Positions 1 to 5,295 of a stretch of DNA of 8,004 bases are shown here, piece after piece. Both the position numbers and the translations under genes were made by a program. Source of the stretch: Candidatus Iainarchaeum sp. (GTDB taxonomy: Archaea > Iainarchaeota > Iainarchaeia > Iainarchaeales > 0-14-0-20-30-16); the NCBI GenBank assembly GCA_903916665.1, contig CAIWXP010000045.1:1-8004 (forward strand). The letters run 5' to 3'. The notes below the pieces were generated by a model. The model was not told the origin of the DNA and made no database searches. It saw only the letters and a list, made by a program, of their open reading frames with translations. Position 1 is the stretch's first letter, and each line of letters opens with the position of its first letter.

Positions 1-1
1 A

Positions 2-151
2 ATAAAATTAGATATTAAAGCAATTAATAAAAATCAACAAATGAATAGTTTTCCATTAAAATATTGGGAAGGCCCAACTAAAATAACCTGTACTGATTTA
101 AAAACAAAAAAGAAAACCAAAGGTTTGGGCTTTTTAGAAATGGTACACTAA
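2..151 (+). CDS. C-terminal fragment (49 codons + TAA) of a gene entering from the left edge; tentatively an AttH/CrtC-type lipocalin-like domain tail
   Basis: Hand translation of frame 2 is open from the window edge to TAA at 149-151: IKLDIKAINKNQQMNSFPLKYWEGPTKITCTDLKTKKKTKGLGFLEMVH. It is absent from the supplied ORF track, presumably because it is truncated. From memory, the YWEG...G.GFLEM ending resembles the C-terminus of COG5621/AttH-like secreted proteins; unverified. Confidence 0.4.
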   Translation: MKLDIKAINKNQQMNSFPLKYWEGPTKITCTDLKTKKKTKGLGFLEMVH

Positions 152-152
152 T

Positions 153-410
153 CTAATTATTAATAAGGGGTGTATTTGAATCTAAAAATTTATTCCAATC
201 TCTATTATGTGGCCCGTTATAATCACCATGATGACTATTATAATCTCTTGGTGCGCTATTAAAATCTTTATGATCCCAGGGTTTCACAAAATTTTTATCT
301 GCGAGTTTAGTTGATGTTAAATTAGTATCATTACTAACACAACCAGATAATATTAAAGTTAAAACTAAAACAATTCCAATAATTCCGAAAATAATATTTG
401 CGGATTTCAT
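153..410 (-). CDS. Small secreted lipoprotein (85 aa precursor) with a His/Asp/aromatic-rich repeat tail
   Basis: The track ORF is 153-428. The internal ATG at 408-410 is preceded by TGAGG (419-423) with an 8-nt spacer, the same spacing as the GGAGG sites of two other genes here. From that Met the N-terminus MKSANIIFGIIGIVLVLTLILSGC is a signal peptide ending in a lipobox (L-S-G-C). Last gene of the ABC operon. Confidence 0.6.
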   Translation of the reverse strand: MKSANIIFGIIGIVLVLTLILSGCVSNDTNLTSTKLADKNFVKPWDHKDFNSAPRDYNSHHGDYNGPHNRDWNKFLDSNTPLINN

Positions 411-420
411 AGTAATAACC

Positions 421-1704
421 TCACTCATATCTCAAAGCATCAATTGGTTTTAATTTAGATGCTAATCTTGCTGGTGCCAATCCAGAAATTATTCCAATTA
501 TTGTTGAAACACTTATTGCTAATAATACCAATCCAGGAGTAACCAAAGTTGTTGCACTCATCCCTCCGGGACCACCACCAAAAGATAATCCTAAACCAAA
601 TATCGAAATAGCATAGGATATCACAGTTCCTAAAATGGCTCCCAGTATTCCTCCGGCCAAACCAAATAAAGCTGATTCGAATAAAAACATTTGAAGAATC
701 TCACTATTCGTCGAACCTAAAGCTTTCATTATACCAATATCTTTTGTTTTTTCTAAAACTGATGTGAACATAGAATTTGCAACACCAATTGCACCAACAA
801 TTAAAGATATCAAAGCAATTGCTCCTAAAAACAAAGTTAATGTTGTTGTTAAACTTTGAATTTGTGCTTTCATTGCTTCTGAAGATGAAATTGAAAAATC
901 TTGATTTGCACTAGTTACTTTTCGTGAAAGTAAAAGTGAATTTGTTATTTCATTTGTGGCATCATTCATATCATCTGTGCTTATAACTTTTGCTTGCACA
1001 TCAGAAAAAGTATTAACATTTACATCGGTTACTTTCCAAGCACTAGTATAATTCATATATACTCCGTTTCCACTGGTTGATGATAAAATTCCTACAACAA
1101 TAAATCCCTGACCATTTATAGTTACTGTTCTTCCCAAAGTAATTGGTTGTTTAAAAGTACTATTTGCTAATCGATCTCCAATAACAATGGCACTTGAATC
1201 ACTGGGTGTTAATAATCTACCAGAAACAACATTTAAATCGTTTAATATTGGCCAGGTACTTGGATTTACTCCTTGAATTTGGGTCCTAATTTTTTCGGAC
1301 ATATATGTGAGGTCTTCATTTCCAGAAACCATTTCACATACTGCAGTAATATATTGATTACCTTTAATTATCATAACATCTCTAGGCGTTAATTCAGGAA
1401 CCGAACTAGAAGTTGTTGTAGAAACTGCGCCTGTATTTCTACCGCCGCCGCCAATATCTCCACCTCTAAAACCAGAAAAACCTCCAGCTCTTGAATGCCC
1501 TGGGCTAATGGTTAATATATCTGCGCCAAATCTTGAAAGTTGTTGATTCACACTAGCAGTAGCACCATTTCCTATTGATACAATAGAAACAACAGCAGCA
1601 ACACCAATTATTATACCTAATAGTGTTAACCAGGCTCTTAGTTTTCGATGTATTATATTATTTAATGCTAGCTTGAATGAATCTAATACTCTCAAATTTA
1701 TCAC
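421..1704 (-). CDS. ABC transporter permease, MacB/FtsX family (TM1, large extracytoplasmic domain, C-terminal FtsX 3-TM bundle)
   Basis: 427 aa. The N-terminus LALNNIIHRKLRAWLTLLGIIIGVAAVV is the typical MacB/LolC/SalY TM1. A soluble domain of about 230 aa follows. The C-terminus KDIGIMKALGSTNSEILQMFLFESALFGLAGGILG is the FtsX-domain signature. The start codon is GTG (1702-1704), overlapping the upstream stop as GTGA. Confidence 0.9.
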   Translation of the reverse strand: MINLRVLDSFKLALNNIIHRKLRAWLTLLGIIIGVAAVVSIVSIGNGATASVNQQLSRFGADILTISPGHSRAGGFSGFRGGDIGGGGRNTGAVSTTTSSSVPELTPRDVMIIKGNQYITAVCEMVSGNEDLTYMSEKIRTQIQGVNPSTWPILNDLNVVSGRLLTPSDSSAIVIGDRLANSTFKQPITLGRTVTINGQGFIVVGILSSTSGNGVYMNYTSAWKVTDVNVNTFSDVQAKVISTDDMNDATNEITNSLLLSRKVTSANQDFSISSSEAMKAQIQSLTTTLTLFLGAIALISLIVGAIGVANSMFTSVLEKTKDIGIMKALGSTNSEILQMFLFESALFGLAGGILGAILGTVISYAISIFGLGLSFGGGPGGMSATTLVTPGLVLLAISVSTIIGIISGLAPARLASKLKPIDALRYE

Positions 1705-3161
1705 TTCTTATCTTTTTTTGATCTGAAAATCCATAGCAATAATAATAATGACACTATTGTTACTACTATTAAACTAACCATATCAGAACTAAATAAATAA
1801 ATTGAAATTAAATATAGAACTAATATTAACAAAGCATAGCCTGCAAAACCAGACCAACTATTTTTTGCTTTAAATTGATTATATAATGCACCCAATCCAA
1901 TAACTATTACTAATAATACTACAGGAATAGTAGGAAAGGTAGAAGTACTACTTGCATTTGTTTTTGTTAAACCATTTGATGTTGTTGTAGAATTTAATTG
2001 AATAGTTTTTTGTGTTATTTGTCTTACACCTGTTGTATCTGTATAATCAATTTCCAATACTAAACTATTTGATCTATTTCCATTACCAATATTAAAATCT
2101 TTATTCATATCTGGTCTTGGAGTTTTTTGAGTTGTGCTTGCATTTGGTTGAAAATTTGATCCTGTTGTAGAATTATTATCTAAAGCAGTTTTTAATTGAA
2201 AATTTGCTAAAGTAAAATCTCCAATATTTATATTTCCTAAAATTGCAGTATTTGTTCCACTTACAGTTATACCCGGTTGTCTTGGAATTTTTACAACAAC
2301 TGCGCCAGCTTTATTTGAACCAACATTTGCAATACTCAAAGCCAATACTCCTGATGCTTGCATTTCTGCACTTAATTCAAAATCAGTTCCACCACCAACA
2401 ATTAATCCCACTTTTGAAGTTTGATTTGTTGTACCTAAAGAACTTGAATAGGATATGTTTAAATCTAAAGAATAAACTCCCGGAGTTATATTTGGATCTG
2501 ATGCAACAATCATTGGAATATTAACAGTACTATTTGGAGCAATTACTGAAATATATTTTTGATTATCTGTACCCAAAGGCAAAATTAAACCAGAACTTTC
2601 TGACCAACTTACATAAATATTTGAAACTGGAATATTACTTAAATTTCTAATTTCAAAATTAATATCTGTTTTATTTCCTGGATTAATAACATTTGGAGTT
2701 ATTGAAACATCTAATTTTTTTTGTGTATTAGATATTGGTATTGTTAATGATTTTTGTTCAGTTATTAATTGTCCGTTATTTAAATAAGTTAATTTTAATG
2801 TTCCTGGATAATAACCTGGAACAACATCACTGTTAACATTAAATGTAAATATTGCTGTTTTTGAATCTCCATAGGCTATGGTACCTATATTTTGATTTAA
2901 ATCGGTGCCAGTAAAATTATTACCAATATTTAATTCTACATTTAAATTATCCATTGATACCGAATTACTTATATTTGAAATATCTATAGACATACTTACT
3001 ACATCACCCGGATTAATTATTGAAGGTAAATAATGGGGTGTAGATAAATTTGATATATAGGCATAATAGGTTATATCACCAGTTGTGCTAGTCGTTGCGG
3101 CATTAATTGTTAATGCAAACAACACCAATGTTATTGCGAAAATAAAACTTTTATAATTCAT
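1701..3161 (-). CDS. Secreted, sequon-rich surface protein with three Ig-like (CARDB / COG1361 S-layer-domain-like) modules and a C-terminal 3-helix membrane anchor
   Basis: 486 aa. Signal peptide MNYKSFIFAITLVLFALTINA. Repeated modules: IINPGDVVSMSIDISNISN...VVPGYYPGTLKLTY, VINPGNKTDINFEIRNLSN...ITPGVYSLDLNISY, and a third LALSIANVGSNKAG...LVLEIDYTD. About 15 N-x-S/T sequons by hand count. Three hydrophobic helices at the C-terminus end in RSKKDKK. GGAGG at 3170-3174 lies 8 nt before the ATG. ATGA overlap with the ATPase stop. Confidence 0.75.
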   Translation of the reverse strand: MNYKSFIFAITLVLFALTINAATTSTTGDITYYAYISNLSTPHYLPSIINPGDVVSMSIDISNISNSVSMDNLNVELNIGNNFTGTDLNQNIGTIAYGDSKTAIFTFNVNSDVVPGYYPGTLKLTYLNNGQLITEQKSLTIPISNTQKKLDVSITPNVINPGNKTDINFEIRNLSNIPVSNIYVSWSESSGLILPLGTDNQKYISVIAPNSTVNIPMIVASDPNITPGVYSLDLNISYSSSLGTTNQTSKVGLIVGGGTDFELSAEMQASGVLALSIANVGSNKAGAVVVKIPRQPGITVSGTNTAILGNINIGDFTLANFQLKTALDNNSTTGSNFQPNASTTQKTPRPDMNKDFNIGNGNRSNSLVLEIDYTDTTGVRQITQKTIQLNSTTTSNGLTKTNASSTSTFPTIPVVLLVIVIGLGALYNQFKAKNSWSGFAGYALLILVLYLISIYLFSSDMVSLIVVTIVSLLLLLWIFRSKKDKK

Positions 3162-3877
3162 GTTCTCGTCCTCCTAGAACTGTTTTTTTCATCCGATAAA
3201 ATTTGTCCATCTTTTAATGTAATTATTCTATTTGCGTATCTTGCTAATTCACGATCATGGGTCACAAGAATTATTGTTTTTCCTTGTTTAATATTTAGAT
3301 CTATAATTAAATTCATAATATCTAAACCTGTTTTTGAATCTAAATTACCAGTTGGTTCATCTGCCAAAAGCATCGATGGATTAGTAGATAAAGCTCTTGC
3401 TACTGCTACTCTCTGTCGTTCACCACCAGATAGTTCATTGGGCATATGAGTTTCTCTATGATCCAAACCAACTAATTTCATTAATTTTGATGCTATTGTA
3501 TTTGTTTCTGTTTCTTCAAATTCATGAATTTTCATAGATAATGCAATATTTTCATAAACATTTAATGTTGGATATAAATTAAATGTTTGAAAAATAAAAC
3601 CAATTTTCTTTCCTCTAATTCTTGCTAATTTAGATTCTGGTAAATTTACAATATCAACACCATCTAACAATACATTTCCAATTGTTGGCAAATCCAAAGC
3701 ACCAATAATATTCAACATGGTAGATTTTCCGGAACCACTGGCCCCTACAATGGATACAAATTCGCCTTCAAAAATTTTCAGATTAATATTTTTCAAAGCT
3801 GCGACTTTAACTTGCCCCAAATCATAAATCTTGGAAACATTCCTTAATTCTAATACCGGTATTCCTTTATTTATCAT
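3158..3877 (-). CDS. ABC transporter ATP-binding protein, MacB/LolD/SalX-like (COG1136 type)
   Basis: Walker A GASGSGKST, Q-loop FIFQ, signature LSGGERQRVAVARAL, Walker B LLADEPTGNLD, H-loop VTHD. The track ORF extends to a GTG at 3884-3886. That GTG is part of a GTGAT Shine-Dalgarno-like motif 4 nt before ATG 3875-3877, so I prefer the ATG (MINKGIPV...). Confidence 0.93.
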   Translation of the reverse strand: MINKGIPVLELRNVSKIYDLGQVKVAALKNINLKIFEGEFVSIVGASGSGKSTMLNIIGALDLPTIGNVLLDGVDIVNLPESKLARIRGKKIGFIFQTFNLYPTLNVYENIALSMKIHEFEETETNTIASKLMKLVGLDHRETHMPNELSGGERQRVAVARALSTNPSMLLADEPTGNLDSKTGLDIMNLIIDLNIKQGKTIILVTHDRELARYANRIITLKDGQILSDEKNSSRRTRT

Positions 3878-3904
3878 TATAATCACTTAAATATAATATA
3901 ACAA

Positions 3905-3980
3905 TATATGAAACAACATATATTCTTTGTGGTAACGATCACTCACACATTGAAACATCGTTTCACTTTTATGAAACAAC
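3905..3980. promoter_or_regulatory. Candidate operator array in the divergent intergenic region: four TGAAAC half-sites and two perfect palindromes
   Basis: TGAAACA occurs at 3909, 3951 and 3972 (spacings 42 and 21 bp). Palindrome TGAAAC-ATC-GTTTCA lies at 3951-3965. Palindrome TATATG-AAACAA-CATATA lies at 3905-3922. The 10-mer ATGAAACAAC is repeated at 3908-3917 and 3971-3980. Confidence 0.45.
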
Positions 3981-3990
3981 CAAAACAATC

Positions 3991-3998
3991 TTTTTAAA
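3991..3998 (+). promoter_or_regulatory. Candidate TATA box (TTTTTAAA) for the wHTH gene; the spacing implies a leaderless or near-leaderless mRNA
   Basis: An AT-rich 8-mer lies 16 nt before ATG 4015 and 22 nt before the in-frame ATG 4021. No GGAGG or GTGAT motif lies upstream of either ATG. Confidence 0.3.
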
Positions 3999-4014
3999 TC
4001 CTTCTATAGATTAT

Positions 4015-4536
4015 ATGTCTATGGATTTTACAAAACACAAACCAATAATTTACCTATTCTTTATTTTACTAGCAATTTTAATGCTGTACTTTATTTTAGA
4101 CCTGGCAGTATTTAATCCAGATTCAACAAGAATCCCTCAAGATTTAAATGATTTAAATAGACTCAATCATGAAAGACCTATTAGTTTCTTCTTAATTTCT
4201 CCAATAATGGGTTTCCTAGGCGCAATCATTGGTGCAATTATTGTTTACTTTTTAATGAGTAGAATTACACAAACGCAGCAGGTACAAAAAAAGAATACCA
4301 AAATAATATTAAACTTTTTAACAGAACATGAAAAAAAAGTTATTGAATTATTATTAAACAATAACGGACATGCTTTTCAATATGAATTAAATAGAATTGA
4401 AGGATTGTCTAGAGTTAAAACCTATAGAATATTACAAAACCTAGAAGATAAAAAAATAATAACTAAAGAAAATTTTGGCAAAGTAAATAAAGTTGTTTTA
4501 AACAAGGAACTATTTGAAGTATTAAAAGAAAATTAA
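4015..4536 (+). CDS. Membrane-tethered winged-helix transcriptional regulator (2 TM + C-terminal MarR/ArsR-like wHTH; COG2512-like architecture)
   Basis: 173 aa. TM1 PIIYLFFILLAILMLYFILDLAVF. An acidic loop of about 22 aa follows. TM2 ISFFLISPIMGFLGAIIGAIIVYFLM. Then comes a positively charged linker and LTEHEKKVIELLLNNNGHAFQYELNRIEGLSRVKTYRILQNLEDKKIITKE, a classic wHTH pattern. The positive-inside rule places the wHTH in the cytoplasm. The start may instead be ATG 4021. Confidence 0.75.
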   Translation: MSMDFTKHKPIIYLFFILLAILMLYFILDLAVFNPDSTRIPQDLNDLNRLNHERPISFFLISPIMGFLGAIIGAIIVYFLMSRITQTQQVQKKNTKIILNFLTEHEKKVIELLLNNNGHAFQYELNRIEGLSRVKTYRILQNLEDKKIITKENFGKVNKVVLNKELFEVLKEN

Positions 4537-4548
4537 TTTTGTGATTAT

Positions 4549-5067
4549 ATGCCCAGAGTATTATATCATAAAAGTTTAGAAACAGAAAAGATTGTTGGAC
4601 CTAAATTAAAAGCAAGGGTTCGAGAATACAATGAAGGTATGAGAGATGGTAGATCCATAGGATCAGGAAAAACTTTTGTAGATTTAGCAAATTTAGAAAA
4701 AGATCCAAAAACAAGAACTAGATTATTATTAGAAGCAGCAAAATATATTGATGGAAATAATTTTATGTTTCAAAACATTATTTTTCCATTGCAAAAAGAA
4801 TTAAGACAAATAATATATCGAGATCCAAAACCAGAAGAGCTTAATAAAATAAAAGAAAAATCTCAAATAATTCAACTAGTTAGACAAGAAACTCAAGATT
4901 TTTTAAGACGAGCAAAAGATCATACAAAAAATAGAGCTTTGGAAAGATATGAAAAATTAGTTAATTTAGATTGTAAAGAATTCTTTATTATACTTCTAGA
5001 GGTACTATTTATAAAATATCAAAATCCTAAAGATTTAGAACTATTAGAAAATTTGAGAAAAATCTAA
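4549..5067 (+). CDS. Hypothetical cytoplasmic, predicted all-helical protein, co-transcribed with the wHTH gene
   Basis: 172-aa ORF, 12 nt after the wHTH stop, preceded by GTGAT-TAT-ATG (Shine-Dalgarno-like). Charged, heptad-like composition. I recognise no family. Confidence 0.65.
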   Translation: MPRVLYHKSLETEKIVGPKLKARVREYNEGMRDGRSIGSGKTFVDLANLEKDPKTRTRLLLEAAKYIDGNNFMFQNIIFPLQKELRQIIYRDPKPEELNKIKEKSQIIQLVRQETQDFLRRAKDHTKNRALERYEKLVNLDCKEFFIILLEVLFIKYQNPKDLELLENLRKI

Positions 5068-5084
5068 AACTAATTTTAATTGTT

Positions 5085-5089
5085 AAAAA
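5085..5089 (-). terminator. Oligo-T (T5 on the minus strand) 3 nt downstream of the tRNA 3' end
   Basis: Minus-strand reading after the tRNA discriminator base: TAATTTTTAAC. Archaeal termination typically uses oligo-T tracts. Confidence 0.35.
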
Positions 5090-5092
5090 TTA

Positions 5093-5164
5093 TGCTCCTG
5101 CCGGGAGTTGGACCCAGGTCTCAAGATTGAGAATCTTGAATGATAACCGCTACACCACAGAAGC
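5093..5164 (-). tRNA. tRNA-Glu, anticodon CUC, 72 nt, no intron, CCA not encoded
   Basis: Hand fold of the minus strand: acceptor GCTTCTG/CAGGAGC (7 bp, one G-U), U8, D-arm GTGT-AGCGGTTA-TCAT (typical tRNA-Glu D-arm), anticodon stem CAAGA/TCTTG with loop TT-CTC-AA, 4-nt variable loop AGAC, T-stem CTGGG/CCCGG, T-loop TCCAACT, discriminator A. Confidence 0.85.
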
Positions 5165-5168
5165 CACC

Positions 5169-5245
5169 GCTTTTTTGTAAAAAAGCCGAGGTTTCGCAAA
5201 AAACACGTAATGTTACACATTACCCAAATCTTTCACAGAAAGATT
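5169..5245. repeat. Cluster of three perfect short palindromes (potential hairpins) between the kinase-like gene and the tRNA
   Basis: GCTTTTTT-GT-AAAAAAGC (5169-5186). GTAATGT-TAC-ACATTAC (5207-5223). AATCTTTC-ACA-GAAAGATT (5227-5245). On the minus strand the latter two are followed by T6 (5198-5203). Confidence 0.5.
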
Positions 5246-5295
5246 GCTTCGCATTAACTAGATAATATATTTCTAGAATAAAAGGTTTAAAAAGG

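Noticed and set aside
70-78. GGCCCAACT resembling the tRNA T-arm sequence GGTCCAACT, as a possible att-site repeat marking an integrated element between here and the tRNA
   Set aside because: It is only a 9-nt imperfect match, in inverted orientation relative to the tRNA, and lies inside a coding frame (EGPT). No integrase or other mobile-element gene is present in the window.
411-428. N-terminal extension MSEVIT of the small lipoprotein ORF (start at 428)
   Set aside because: The extension contains the GAGG ribosome-binding site that serves the internal ATG at 410 with the same 8-nt spacing seen at two other genes. The signal peptide begins cleanly at MKSAN. The 428 start remains possible through ATGAGTGA stop-start coupling.
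2243-2524. 93-aa plus-strand ORF from the track
   Set aside because: It lies entirely antisense to the well-supported 486-aa surface-protein gene. Its Leu/Gln-rich low-complexity translation is typical of a shadow frame in AT-rich DNA. It has no ribosome-binding site or promoter context.
3878-3886. GTG start (3884-3886) for the ABC ATPase as given by the track
   Set aside because: The GTG is the first part of a GTGAT SD-like motif positioned 4 nt before ATG 3875-3877, matching the GTGAT-N3-ATG sites of S10 and the 172-aa gene. The difference is only three residues and I cannot resolve it with certainty.
4642-4668. Walker-A-like GRSIGSGKT in the 172-aa protein, suggesting a P-loop NTPase
   Set aside because: The spacing does not fit [AG]-x4-G-K-[ST] because Arg occupies the first position. 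There is no preceding hydrophobic beta-strand and no Walker B. The protein is too short and looks all-helical. It is probably coincidental.
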